In this document: positions 53,825-63,758 of the stretch, one piece after another | Numbering within the stretch: position 1 is the first letter of the stretch | Layout of the letters: each line of letters begins with the position of its first letter | Origin: a virus | Direction: 5' to 3' (one strand) | Virus record (IMG/VR): IMGVR_UViG_3300034071_001657 | Length of the DNA: 64,000 nt | Notes under the pieces: model-generated | The model's database searches: none | Told to the model about the DNA's origin: nothing | What the model saw: the letters and a program-made list of their open reading frames with translations, nothing else | Position numbers and translations under genes: made by a program

Positions 53825-54127
53825 ATTGGGCTTCGTCGATTTCTTTGACTTTCCCTTAGATTCAGGCTTTTTGACCTTGGCAACGGGCTGAGAAACGGGA
53901 GCCTCAACTTTCGCCGCAGGTTCTTCTGGATTTCTTTTCCATTCTTTCCAAGTAGGTTCTGGTGCCTGAGGCGCAATCGGATCCTCAATCTTGTGTAAAA
54001 CTGGTGGCTGAAGCACCGTCACAGGCTCCAACTTTACTGGCTCAGTTTTGACTGGTTCAGGCTCAGGTTTAGGATCAGGCTTTTTACCAAAGAAATAAAC
54101 AAACAAGGATTTAAGTTTTTCTTTCAT
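53789..54127 (-). CDS. Pro/Lys-rich low-complexity protein
   Basis: PEPVK repeats and a basic tail; TATAAATA at 54154-54161 upstream. Confidence 0.65.
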   Translation of the reverse strand: MKEKLKSLFVYFFGKKPDPKPEPEPVKTEPVKLEPVTVLQPPVLHKIEDPIAPQAPEPTWKEWKRNPEEPAAKVEAPVSQPVAKVKKPESKGKSKKSTKPNSVKKTTVKKGA

Positions 54128-54156
54128 GATTTTCTCCCACAAAATTCTAAAAGTAT

Positions 54157-54948
54157 TTATAAAGTTATAAATTTAGGGTAATACGGATCGTCCTCTTGGC
54201 TAGCTCTTTCGTAATTGACATAGCCTCTAGGATTGCATACTACGCGAGTCTCGCCAATTATATAGTCAAACTCGTTGTGTGTATGGCCATGAACCCACAA
54301 TTTAATTCTAGGATGATTTACGATGAATTCATCTAGATTTGAACTGTATGCACCATTTATATGAAAATCGTGTTCATACTGCGGCTTAACACTTAGCTTT
54401 GATGGTGCATGATGTCCAACTACAACAATTGGCTTATCGAATTGATTGTAGACTTCATCAATTTTTTCCAAAGAAGTTTTGTGATGATATAACGTGTCTA
54501 AAGCAATTAACCTTCGTCCCTTTTCAGAGTTTCGAATAACCCGATAATCATTCATCATGCCTTCACAGGTTCGCATGCTCAAAGAATTTTCTTTGTTGAA
54601 ATCGGTCCACAAAGTTTGTCCAATGAAAACATGGTCTTTGATTTCGCAATATTCTTTTTCGAAGACATGAATATTCTTATGAATTTTCAGTTCTTCTTTT
54701 AGAATAGAATATGTTGTGCTGAAATCGCCTCTGTAATGTTCATGATTGCCCATGATGTAAATTACATCACCAAACTCCAGAGAACAATGTTTAAAAAATT
54801 CATAATATGAATTTCGAGTTAAATCATCTGAGAAGCCGTGAGCAGTGCAGATATCTCCTGCCAAAAGGAGAACGTCTGCATTTTCAGTATTTTCAATGGG
54901 CAGATGACCAAACTCTAAATGAATGTCTGAACATAGAGCAATTTTCAT
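54157..54948 (-). CDS. Calcineurin-like metallophosphoesterase
   Basis: SDIHLE, AGDI, GNHE, HHAP and HGHTH motifs. Confidence 0.93.
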   Translation of the reverse strand: MKIALCSDIHLEFGHLPIENTENADVLLLAGDICTAHGFSDDLTRNSYYEFFKHCSLEFGDVIYIMGNHEHYRGDFSTTYSILKEELKIHKNIHVFEKEYCEIKDHVFIGQTLWTDFNKENSLSMRTCEGMMNDYRVIRNSEKGRRLIALDTLYHHKTSLEKIDEVYNQFDKPIVVVGHHAPSKLSVKPQYEHDFHINGAYSSNLDEFIVNHPRIKLWVHGHTHNEFDYIIGETRVVCNPRGYVNYERASQEDDPYYPKFITL

Positions 54949-54951
54949 GAT

Positions 54952-55599
54952 TTAATCCCACAGTGCTTGATAGTATTTTCCAAAGAGCCTAAATGCGTTT
55001 TGCTTACGATCTTGAAAAGCTTTTAGGCCAGCATCATCTACTTTTACTCTAGTAAATTGTTCGCCAAGGTCTGCTCTTCTATCAACTTCAGAATGATCAA
55101 AAAATTGATCTTCGGCATTGTCATCATTGTGAATTTCAAATGCCCAAATCATTTCTTCCATCACCCAATCCCAACGCTTGAAATGATTTTCGTCGGTGTC
55201 CCACTCATTCTCTTTTGGTGGTGCATTGGTGCTACGCAGATGTTCTGGTACATCTTCATCGTCTACGAAAGGCGCGCCATGCTTAGTTTCTTGCAACTGC
55301 TTGAGCATTGGTGCAATGATGTATGCTAGAGTATGATCCATAGACCAAGTATCGTAATGATCAATTCTCACTTTGATGCGGCGCTTTCTTTTAGTTTCTA
55401 GCCAATTGCAAAACTTGGTTAGCGCAGAATCGTCTCCGCGCTTATTCATTGCGAGCCAGTCGCCAAACTTCTCATGAAGTTTGTAGTCCCACCGTTCAGC
55501 CAAAGCATCTTCTGGATATTTTTCGTGCCAAAAGAAAATCTTATCGGCAATCTGATACGGACCGATCCAACTTTTGTAACCACCAATTTTTACTTTCAT
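54952..55599 (-). CDS. Conserved hypothetical phage protein
   Basis: DTWSMDHTLAYIIAPML..L...KHGAP...FGKYYQALWD motif. Confidence 0.8.
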   Translation of the reverse strand: MKVKIGGYKSWIGPYQIADKIFFWHEKYPEDALAERWDYKLHEKFGDWLAMNKRGDDSALTKFCNWLETKRKRRIKVRIDHYDTWSMDHTLAYIIAPMLKQLQETKHGAPFVDDEDVPEHLRSTNAPPKENEWDTDENHFKRWDWVMEEMIWAFEIHNDDNAEDQFFDHSEVDRRADLGEQFTRVKVDDAGLKAFQDRKQNAFRLFGKYYQALWD

Positions 55600-55986
55600 C
55601 TATAAACTCAATTCGTTTGCGTCAAAATCTGAAGAAAATGTACTGTAGTCTATAAAGACTTCATCGCCAATATTGATATCTTTGATTGCCTTGGTTATCA
55701 TTCCCTCGGCTTCAACATTTGGATTAAAACTATGATTAATAAAACTTGTCAAATCACAAGACATATAATAAAAATCTTTTTCGGCATTTTCAATCCAACC
55801 ATACTTTTCGAAATGCTCTCTTTGTACAGGGTGCAATTGATTAATTTTTTCCAGTGGGATTTTCAGATCGACACCATCAACGAACTCCCAAACTATGCTG
55901 CCTTTTGGAATAAATTCTTTTGCAAATAGTCCCATACCCATACCTGGATTTGTGGCAACTTTAACTTCTACTCTATACAAAAACAT
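55600..55986 (-). CDS. SET-domain protein (putative lysine methyltransferase)
   Basis: GMGLFA...I.KG, FINHSFNPN and AIKDINIGDEVFIDY SET motifs. Confidence 0.9.
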   Translation of the reverse strand: MFLYRVEVKVATNPGMGMGLFAKEFIPKGSIVWEFVDGVDLKIPLEKINQLHPVQREHFEKYGWIENAEKDFYYMSCDLTSFINHSFNPNVEAEGMITKAIKDINIGDEVFIDYSTFSSDFDANELSL

Positions 55987-56082
55987 TATGGCAACAACTT
56001 ATATATTAAGAAAATAGAAAACCCTATGATTATTATATATTCCATGATTGTGAAATCATAGGGAGGACACGTGAAAAAATTT

Positions 56083-56520
56083 CTAATCTTCAACTTTAGT
56101 GAAGAAAGTTTCAATTTTCTTTTCTTCTGGCCAGGTTGAGACATATCCATTATCCTCGTCACACAATTTTATTGCATCTTCTTGGGTAATGACCCTATGG
56201 CTGACGATAGTTTCCCCTAGATGTTTCTGAGAAAACTCTGCCGCTTCTTCCATTGACACGGTATCGAGTGCCCATTCTTCTTTGCCAGCAGGCACTTGAA
56301 CCACATATCGCTGCCGAAAAGTAGAAACGCATTCCACCAACACCCATTCAAGTTCTTTTTTCTTCATAGTCCAACTTCCATCTTTGTTGTCAATCCATTC
56401 GATAGTGTCGCCAACTTTCAAATTGGCACCTTCTAAAATCTCATCATTCAAAGGAAGAATGAGTTCTCCTGTTTCAGGATCAGTTTCGAGAGTAACAATC
56501 CACGATTTATCTTTCATCAT
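56083..56520 (-). CDS. Hypothetical protein with AbrB-like N-terminal domain
   Basis: GELILPLNDEILE..NLKVGDTIEW motif; TTGACA-17-TATAGT upstream. Confidence 0.65.
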   Translation of the reverse strand: MMKDKSWIVTLETDPETGELILPLNDEILEGANLKVGDTIEWIDNKDGSWTMKKKELEWVLVECVSTFRQRYVVQVPAGKEEWALDTVSMEEAAEFSQKHLGETIVSHRVITQEDAIKLCDEDNGYVSTWPEEKKIETFFTKVED

Positions 56521-56570
56521 ATAACTCCTTAAATAGGATGCTCACACTATATCAGACTTTTTCTGAATTG

Positions 56571-57392
56571 TCAACCATCAATGTGCATGAGGTTTGGTGC
56601 AGACTGTACAACGGCAGTCCTGTACAATTGCCACTTTTCAAAAGACTCATTATTGCCAGCCTGCGCTTCGTTTTTCAGAGTATTTACATAACCAAGTTTA
56701 TCTGCCGTTTCTAAGTCGATGTCATAGAGTGTATAGTCATATGGCATATGATACACATTAAAGTTATTCATTACAAGATATGTACTGAGCATTCGTTCAA
56801 TGATGAACGGAAACAAATTCAACGATCCGTCACGCACATAGTTTGCGCTACTTTCATACAATTCTTTTTCTTTTGGTGGCAAATTACTTAGTGCGTCTTT
56901 AATTTTAATCAGAAATAGTAAATATTCTTTCCAGAAATGATTTGATGCTACAATGTAATGGCTATAGACTGTTTCTTTGTCTGCCATAATTTCATTCACA
57001 TAGTTTTCTTGATATCCACAAATAAATAAAGCTTTCTTTGCGACCTGTGTGATACCTTTGTGATGAAATTCACCTTGTTCCCAAACATTTTTAGTCAACG
57101 ATCCTTGAACTCTGCAATGATTGAATAGGTATACATCGTGCCCTGGATTGTTTTCGATCTGAGAAATAATTTCAGAAGCATTCACTCGAATTTTTCTGCG
57201 CCATCTTGAACCAAACGCGCCCCAAAGGTCTACATCTTTTGTATGACCCTCATAGAAAATTCTCATGAGATTGTGATATTCTCTAAGTTCTGGTCTTTCG
57301 TTTTTTGTATTATCAAATGGCGTGAATAAATGATGAACTGTTCTTAGTTGTTCTTCATCAAAGCACACTTGAAAAATTTTAAATTTGTTCAA
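56571..57392 (-). CDS. Hypothetical protein, possibly GT-A-like
   Basis: DNTKNERPELREY, NVWEQGE.HH.G and FIIERM motifs. Confidence 0.6.
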   Translation of the reverse strand: MNKFKIFQVCFDEEQLRTVHHLFTPFDNTKNERPELREYHNLMRIFYEGHTKDVDLWGAFGSRWRRKIRVNASEIISQIENNPGHDVYLFNHCRVQGSLTKNVWEQGEFHHKGITQVAKKALFICGYQENYVNEIMADKETVYSHYIVASNHFWKEYLLFLIKIKDALSNLPPKEKELYESSANYVRDGSLNLFPFIIERMLSTYLVMNNFNVYHMPYDYTLYDIDLETADKLGYVNTLKNEAQAGNNESFEKWQLYRTAVVQSAPNLMHIDG

Positions 57393-58090
57393 TCTGAAAC
57401 TCCCACACCATTAGGTGCAATATTACCTTCAACGCCAATAGGGTCTGCTTCAACAATGATATTTGTATCAAGAACTGCATATAGGCAGTGCTCAATGTCA
57501 ATGTATCCTGTTTTCTGCCGCTCAAGCATCAATTCTAATATTTTCGAATATGCATCTCTTATGTAAGGTAACATAATCGAATCAAAACTCCACAATCTGG
57601 ACATGTATTGTGCTTCGACCCCGCCAGTAATATCTGACGGAAATTGACTTTTGAATGGACCACGAATTACAATTTTTTCTATTGCAGACTTATGGATGTC
57701 TAAGTTGAATTTAGAATTTAAACGATATCGACCACTAATCTTAAAAACTCTATCACAGTTAAATTGTTCGACCGATTCAAAATATGTTTTATACATTAAG
57801 ACTTCAATAACATTTTTTACAACATCATGATTATGAATTTGTTGAATTCTTTTTACATTTTCATCTTTAGCGTAAGAGATAACATCTTTGACGCCAAGTT
57901 CGTTATGAAATTGTTCTAGATGAATTTGACTTATTTCTCTCACACCTCCGTCTAGAATAATCATTTCGGCGCCAGGGCAATATGTTTGTATTGATTTGCA
58001 TGTTGCTGCGGTTTGAGCAAACCTCTCGCGCGGCGTGTATATTCCGTGTTTCGCATTGATTGCGGAACTAATCAAAAACAAATTTTTCAT
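57389..58090 (-). CDS. Hypothetical protein, possibly GT-A-like
   Basis: ERFAQT..T..SI, FKISGRY.L and DIEH motifs. Confidence 0.6.
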   Translation of the reverse strand: MKNLFLISSAINAKHGIYTPRERFAQTAATCKSIQTYCPGAEMIILDGGVREISQIHLEQFHNELGVKDVISYAKDENVKRIQQIHNHDVVKNVIEVLMYKTYFESVEQFNCDRVFKISGRYRLNSKFNLDIHKSAIEKIVIRGPFKSQFPSDITGGVEAQYMSRLWSFDSIMLPYIRDAYSKILELMLERQKTGYIDIEHCLYAVLDTNIIVEADPIGVEGNIAPNGVGVSD

Positions 58091-58096
58091 GATATA

Positions 58097-58756
58097 TTAA
58101 GCCCGCTTTTTGGTTGTTGCCCTAGTTGATTTTGTTTGTCTTGGTTTTTTCTGTGCCACAGGCTTAGAAGATTTTTCGCTTTCTTCTTTTTCCGCTTCTA
58201 TTTTAGATTTCAATCGATTCATGACCTCTTCGCCTTCCATCCAAAGGTCTTTGTTATTGAGGACAGATTCAATTTCCTCTTCTGTCAAGAATTTTTCGTA
58301 AATTTTTTGTACAATTTTTTCCGACCATTTTCTTTCGTTGATGAGTTGATCATACATCTCACCACCTTTACCAAAAGAGAATCCAGAATAATTGTGAATC
58401 ATGAATAGGCAGTGATCAGAGATTTCAAAGTTTTGTGCTGAGAGAAAAATCATCGTTGCCGCAGACATGCAGCAACCCTCTGCCGATGCAATCGTTGTTG
58501 CTTGAGTTTCAGATAAGGCGCGCAAAAATTGAATCGTGGTGAACAAATCGCCACCAGGAGAATTGATGTTAATTCTAACAACATCATTTTCATTTGCATT
58601 TCGTATGATATCGAAGCAGTCCAAATAGTTCTCTGCGGATCCAATTTCTCCGACAAGATAAATTGTGATCAAATTGCCGAGAGGCTTGACATCATAAATT
58701 TTGTTTGAATTTATAATCTCATCCAATTTCTTCAAGTCCGAATTTGTTTTATTCAT
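58097..58756 (-). CDS. ClpP-like serine protease
   Basis: ININSPGG, CMSAATMIF, FMIH and DLW motifs (Ser-His-Asp). Confidence 0.88.
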   Translation of the reverse strand: MNKTNSDLKKLDEIINSNKIYDVKPLGNLITIYLVGEIGSAENYLDCFDIIRNANENDVVRININSPGGDLFTTIQFLRALSETQATTIASAEGCCMSAATMIFLSAQNFEISDHCLFMIHNYSGFSFGKGGEMYDQLINERKWSEKIVQKIYEKFLTEEEIESVLNNKDLWMEGEEVMNRLKSKIEAEKEESEKSSKPVAQKKPRQTKSTRATTKKRA

Positions 58757-58763
58757 ATATCAC

Positions 58764-59318
58764 CTATGATTTATTTATTACTTGTTGATATCCAAACTTA
58801 CATATCCAATATGCATCAATGATATCTGAGGATGGATTCCACTGCTTCTCTGTCATACTTAGTCTACTTTTTAGATCAATTTGAGTTTCTTCTATAAAAA
58901 ACTCCTGCATTTTTTCCTTGTTAGCGTTACCTTTGCCAGTGGCAAACTTTTTGATCACCGTGGGAGGAACAGTTTCGTATTCCAATCCAAAGTTCCACAT
59001 TCTATACTTTAGAATACCTGTGTTCTCTGCTATGTTGAATACTCGACCTTTAGATCCGAGGGAATAGTTTTCTAGGAAGACTTTTGAAACTTCACGCTCT
59101 AGCATTCTATCAAGAAAAAAAGAAGAAATCAAGTCGAATCTTTGAATTTCCGTAGGGTATTCGAAATAACTTCCTACGATATTATCAACTATTACATCAT
59201 ATTTTTTTGTTTCCGTCAAAAAGAAAAAGGAGCAATTGTCATATTTCCATTCTTTTTCAGTATCAAATATGCATATTGCTGGTGATGTCATCGAGTAGTC
59301 AATGCCAGCAATAATCAT
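58764..59318 (-). CDS. RuvC-like nuclease
   Basis: AGIDYS, FLENYS, IKKFATGKGNANKE and DIIDAY motifs. Confidence 0.85.
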   Translation of the reverse strand: MIIAGIDYSMTSPAICIFDTEKEWKYDNCSFFFLTETKKYDVIVDNIVGSYFEYPTEIQRFDLISSFFLDRMLEREVSKVFLENYSLGSKGRVFNIAENTGILKYRMWNFGLEYETVPPTVIKKFATGKGNANKEKMQEFFIEETQIDLKSRLSMTEKQWNPSSDIIDAYWICKFGYQQVINKS

Positions 59319-59533
59319 CTCCAGTCATCTCGCCAATCTTCAGTAAAAAGATCGTCATCGGATTCATTCCAATCATCTTTTATTTTATCTGATTCCTCTT
59401 CCGCAATTGATGATGGGTCGATTTCCGCCCCACAGCATGTACAAAATTTGGGTTGTCTTTTTTGGCCATCGAAAAATATATCTAATGAATAGTCGGCACC
59501 ACAAGATTCACAAAAAATATGAAAAATTGACAT
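59315..59533 (-). CDS. Zinc-ribbon protein with acidic tail
   Basis: CESC...CTCCG. Confidence 0.75.
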   Translation of the reverse strand: MSIFHIFCESCGADYSLDIFFDGQKRQPKFCTCCGAEIDPSSIAEEESDKIKDDWNESDDDLFTEDWRDDWR

Positions 59534-59697
59534 ATAACTCTCCCATAAATGAAAATGTCAATGTTATATATCCGATTAGGAAATCATTGCTTTAATTGCA
59601 CCCACTAAACCGTATATCATGAGCATAAAGAATTCAATTACAATTACGGTAAGAGCACCCAATAATGCTCCAACGATAAAATCATCATTTATTTTTT

Positions 59698-60216
59698 TCA
59701 CCATTTACCTGCCTCACGTCCGAAATCAAAAATCCAAGCAAAGAATTTTATCGCTACAGTAAGAGTTATAATTAACATTGTTCCCCAAAAAACATTTTCT
59801 ATAAATCGCTTTCTTCTTCTCGCTTGATCACGAATCATTCTCTCTCTACGCTCACGTATTTCTCGGCGCAGTTGAATGAACTGACTGTATCCTTCGGCAC
59901 CCAAATGCTGCAATTCTCCATAGTAAAACATATTATATATTTCTGCATCCATTTCTCTAAGCTTTTGTTGTGCTATGATAATATCAAAGGCTTCGGCTGT
60001 TTCGCTTTTTCCAAATCCAATTTTCTCAAAAATGCCATGCTTTTGTTCGCCAGTATCACTTTTTCTATCATTAATTAACTGTTGTAGTTGTCCAGCAGCA
60101 TCGGCCCACTTAGAAAGCTGTTTATAAACACCTTCCACTTCCTGCCCAACCTTAACCGCAGCCTTAAGACCATTAAAGGCTGCGGTAACAGTCCCCATTA
60201 GTGTTATTGGATCCAT
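59698..60216 (-). CDS. Helical protein with C-terminal TM segment
   Basis: MDPITL amphipathic N-terminus, Arg-rich coil, TM segment. Confidence 0.8.
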   Translation of the reverse strand: MDPITLMGTVTAAFNGLKAAVKVGQEVEGVYKQLSKWADAAGQLQQLINDRKSDTGEQKHGIFEKIGFGKSETAEAFDIIIAQQKLREMDAEIYNMFYYGELQHLGAEGYSQFIQLRREIRERRERMIRDQARRRKRFIENVFWGTMLIITLTVAIKFFAWIFDFGREAGKW

Positions 60217-60848
60217 TAATTCGCCAAAGGATTGTCTAACGCTTTCTTAATTTTATCATCCACTTCACGGCGAATAGTTCTAAGTTCAGCATTTGTTTCA
60301 CGCTCAATACGATTGACACGCTCATTAACATTCTGCACGGTAGAATCTACTTGTTTCTGCATTTCTCTCACTTGTGAATCAGCACTGCGGCGAATCTCTT
60401 TTATTTCACTATCAATTTGTCTACGGATATCATTAATGTCTTTTTCGACTTCACGTTGAGCAACTTTTGAACCACGTTCAACGCCTTCTAAAACTTGTTC
60501 GGTTCGACGAATATCGCCTTTGAGATTCGTGTTCACATCACGGGTGTATCCCAACATCTTTTCGTTATCTGCTTCCAATTTTATAATTCTTGCTTCATAC
60601 TCACTGAAATCTGGTGCAACATAATTTGCAATTTTCTTCTTCATGCCCTCATAATCTTTATACGCCTCGAAGACACCATACATGCCTCCAATCACAGAAG
60701 AAACAATACCAAATGCGATCATCAATTTAGCGGGTGTAAAGCTGTATCCGCCGATGCTGATGACAGTATCTTTACTTGCATACTTCTTCATTGCATCTTG
60801 AAGTTCATCGACTTTTTTATCTACATTCTTATCTTCTGTACTGCTCAT
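60216..60848 (-). CDS. Membrane-anchored coiled-coil protein
   Basis: One TM segment, 11-aa periodic repeats, KKALDNPLAN tail. Confidence 0.8.
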   Translation of the reverse strand: MSSTEDKNVDKKVDELQDAMKKYASKDTVISIGGYSFTPAKLMIAFGIVSSVIGGMYGVFEAYKDYEGMKKKIANYVAPDFSEYEARIIKLEADNEKMLGYTRDVNTNLKGDIRRTEQVLEGVERGSKVAQREVEKDINDIRRQIDSEIKEIRRSADSQVREMQKQVDSTVQNVNERVNRIERETNAELRTIRREVDDKIKKALDNPLAN

Positions 60849-62652
60849 CTACCATCTCCTTATGGATTCTATCCGATCTTTGATTTAATTGTCTCAATGC
60901 CCTCGCATTGTCTACAATAGTTACTCTCTTATAAATATCTTCTGCTTTGTAAAAAGGCATGTCAGGTAATTTTGCCTGTTCATAAGCACTAAAACCAGGA
61001 ACAGTCGATAATGAAGCCATCACATCATCTTGCGGGTCCTTTTGAGCGTTTCTTTGGGAAGCTTGTTGACTTCTTTGTTGAGCGGCCGCGCGCCTTTGTT
61101 GTTGTTGCGTTTGTGTTGTTTGTGGTTGGAGGGATTGTGGCGAAGCATTACGACTTGTTATACCAGTTCCTAGTTGCTGCGATTGTTGATTAGAACTGAG
61201 GGCCTGATTTACAATAGGATCACTTGTCACTTGCGGTGTAGTTAATAACTTAGCAGCATCTTCATTACCCACCGAAGGCACAGGAAGTGATGTTGTTGTA
61301 GTTACTGTGGTAATTTGCTGTGCAGTGGTATAACCTGGGCACTGTGGATTGCTTTGTGGGTTAGCAGAACATGCATCAGCAATTTGTTTCTTTCTAAAAG
61401 CGTCTGCATAACCTGGGCAACCAGAATTGTATAAAGGGTTTGCCATGCATTGCTGATTGAAAAATGCCTGTTGGTACAGTGGGCAAGATGTAGAAAAAAG
61501 GGGATTAGAAGTACACTGTTGGTTTAAATATGCTGATTCATAAAGTGGACATGATGTACTCGAAAGCGGATTTTCATTGCAGGTCTTATCAAACAAAGCC
61601 TTAGCATATCCTGGGCATTGTGAAGAAAATAACTGATTCAAATTACACTGTTGTGTTTGATAGGCAGAAGCATATCCTGGGCATTGTGGAGAAAATAGTT
61701 GATTCAAATTACACTGTTGTGTTTGATAGGCAGAAGCATATCCTGGGCAACTCGAATTGTATAGAGGATTGATTGTGCATTGCTGATTGAAATACGCCTG
61801 TTGATATTGTGGGCATTGTGGAGAAAATAACTGATTCAAACTACATTGTTGTGCTTGATAAGCAGCAGCATAGCCTGGGCAATTCGATCCAAATAGGGGA
61901 TTTGTTGAACATTGTTGATTGAACCATGCTTGTTGCCATCCTGGGCAAGACTGACTGTATAATGGGCTAATTGCACATTGTTGCTGTAGAAATGCTTGTT
62001 GATAACCTTCGCATGTGGGTGATGCAAGGGGATTAGCACCGCAAGGATCAACAGAATATCTTAAACGAACATCTATATCTCTTATTTCTGGGCCGTAATA
62101 GCCCCTCCATTGTCCATCATCTCGACTTGAAATATCTATTGAGACATTTCCTACAGATGCCAAACTATACTTATTAGTAAAATCTTCAGTTCCTGTAAAT
62201 CGCGTCCAATCGTTGATACGCCTACCATAATCAAAAGTTTTATTTTCTATGATATTGATATTCGTACTATCATAAAGAGATACACGAATACTTAACGGAT
62301 CAAAAGATGGGTTTTGATTTGATCCTGCATTTGCATTTTTAATAGTCCAGCCGTATTGATAACCACGAATCTGAATACCTGTTCCCGATAGTGCTTGATT
62401 GACTGCTACGTTTTGATATAAAATTGAGCCACCATAGCTAAAAAGTATGGCTCCGTCTGCGGACCTTTGAACTGGGCAAGGTCCTCCTGTTGTACCACCC
62501 CAAATCATTCCGTTATGCTGAGTTAAACATCCCTGCCAACCTGTTTGGTTGATTATGTTTGAGGATGTTTGTATATCCTGAGCGTTACAGAAGAAGGAGA
62601 AGAACAGCCAAGACGCCAAGCCCAGCAGAAACTTTTTGCCAGAAACTTGCAT
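60829..62652 (-). CDS. Secreted protein with 11 Cys-pair repeats (CxxNPLxxxxCPGY) and a Gln/Thr-rich linker
   Basis: Signal peptide, beta-rich N-domain, 22-aa repeats. Confidence 0.85.
   Translation of the reverse strand: MQVSGKKFLLGLASWLFFSFFCNAQDIQTSSNIINQTGWQGCLTQHNGMIWGGTTGGPCPVQRSADGAILFSYGGSILYQNVAVNQALSGTGIQIRGYQYGWTIKNANAGSNQNPSFDPLSIRVSLYDSTNINIIENKTFDYGRRINDWTRFTGTEDFTNKYSLASVGNVSIDISSRDDGQWRGYYGPEIRDIDVRLRYSVDPCGANPLASPTCEGYQQAFLQQQCAISPLYSQSCPGWQQAWFNQQCSTNPLFGSNCPGYAAAYQAQQCSLNQLFSPQCPQYQQAYFNQQCTINPLYNSSCPGYASAYQTQQCNLNQLFSPQCPGYASAYQTQQCNLNQLFSSQCPGYAKALFDKTCNENPLSSTSCPLYESAYLNQQCTSNPLFSTSCPLYQQAFFNQQCMANPLYNSGCPGYADAFRKKQIADACSANPQSNPQCPGYTTAQQITTVTTTTSLPVPSVGNEDAAKLLTTPQVTSDPIVNQALSSNQQSQQLGTGITSRNASPQSLQPQTTQTQQQQRRAAAQQRSQQASQRNAQKDPQDDVMASLSTVPGFSAYEQAKLPDMPFYKAEDIYKRVTIVDNARALRQLNQRSDRIHKEMVDEQYRR
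61330..62045 (-). repeat. 66-nt/22-aa tandem coding repeats
   Basis: Near-identical 66-nt units at about 61604-61750 (gcatatcctgggca at 61604, 61670, 61736). Confidence 0.9.
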
Positions 62653-63133
62653 TCGAATTCTCGCTTATAGGTTTAGGTTTACGATCTGGAGATGAATCCC
62701 AAATTCTCTTAGCATCCTCACCTATTCTACCATCGACTGGGCATGGGGTTCCAGCGTTCATCATGGCATCAAAAACTCGATCATCTTGACATAAAGTAGC
62801 CACGGCGGCCACTTTCATACCCATATCATATAGATTCTTTGCGAGTTTCAATCTTTCGCAATTCAAATCACGAACCATTGTACCGCCAGAGATACCTAGG
62901 ATTTGAGTTTGTACTGCCCCACCCACTCCTACAGTGCATAAGTCATTATTCAAAACATTAAAAGACGGAGAGATTGCCGAAGCAGGAGGCGATCTCACCG
63001 TCGTGTCATTTACGCTATTGGAATTTGTTGTTACTGTGCTAGTGCTTTTAGAATCCGTGACTATCACATCAGATTGTGCTACTGCTAACGAAGACATAAC
63101 AAAAAGTAGCACAAATGCTAGCTTTTTTGTCAT
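62585..63133 (-). CDS. Secreted/membrane-anchored Cys-containing protein
   Basis: Signal peptide; DLNCERLKLAK.LYDMGMKVAAV..LCQD..V..AM..AGTPCP; C-terminal TM segment. Confidence 0.85.
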   Translation of the reverse strand: MTKKLAFVLLFVMSSLAVAQSDVIVTDSKSTSTVTTNSNSVNDTTVRSPPASAISPSFNVLNNDLCTVGVGGAVQTQILGISGGTMVRDLNCERLKLAKNLYDMGMKVAAVATLCQDDRVFDAMMNAGTPCPVDGRIGEDAKRIWDSSPDRKPKPISENSNASFWQKVSAGLGVLAVLLLLL

Positions 63134-63166
63134 GTTTTTTCCTTTTTCTACGACATACGTACTTAT

Positions 63167-63361
63167 TTATCCTCGTTTACTGACGATCCAATCATCTTCA
63201 CCGAGAAATTTTGGGCAAGAATTGAGTTGTTTCTCAGTTTCCCATAAAATTTTGTACAATTCTTGCTTTGCTGAATATTGAGTAAAGGAATCCATGTTAG
63301 GATCCCTTATATACATACCATAATCTTGAATTTTTTCAATCATACTTTCACTCGCTTTCAT
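63167..63361 (-). CDS. Hypothetical protein
   Basis: Coupled small ORF. Confidence 0.65.
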   Translation of the reverse strand: MKASESMIEKIQDYGMYIRDPNMDSFTQYSAKQELYKILWETEKQLNSCPKFLGEDDWIVSKRG

Positions 63362-63758
63362 CTCCCCTCCATTCTTTTCCAGTTTCGTCTGTTAGTTTAA
63401 GGGGTCCAGAATAGTATGTATCCATGTAATGAAGTGTCCATCCATTTTCTTCAAGTTCTGAATGATCCATATATTGAATCTGCTCTTTTTCTTCTTCGGT
63501 CAATTCATCGCAAAAGTTATTAAACGACCAGCAGCCGTCATCGGCATTCATATCAGGATATTCTAAGTCTTCTGTGACATTAAAACCATGTTCATTTTTC
63601 AAATCGATATCGGGAAATTCCTCAGACTCGAATGATGCAGAACCCCAGCGCCAACCGTATTCTCGTTCAAACCAAAGTTTTCTCTCACCATCTTCTTTAA
63701 ACCAATTCTCAATATCAGTAACGGATTTTTTCCAAATAGGTTCTAACGTATATCTCAT
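63348..63758 (-). CDS. Acidic Trp-rich hypothetical protein
   Basis: ATGA overlap with the nrdB stop. Confidence 0.7.
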   Translation of the reverse strand: MRYTLEPIWKKSVTDIENWFKEDGERKLWFEREYGWRWGSASFESEEFPDIDLKNEHGFNVTEDLEYPDMNADDGCWSFNNFCDELTEEEKEQIQYMDHSELEENGWTLHYMDTYYSGPLKLTDETGKEWRGDESE

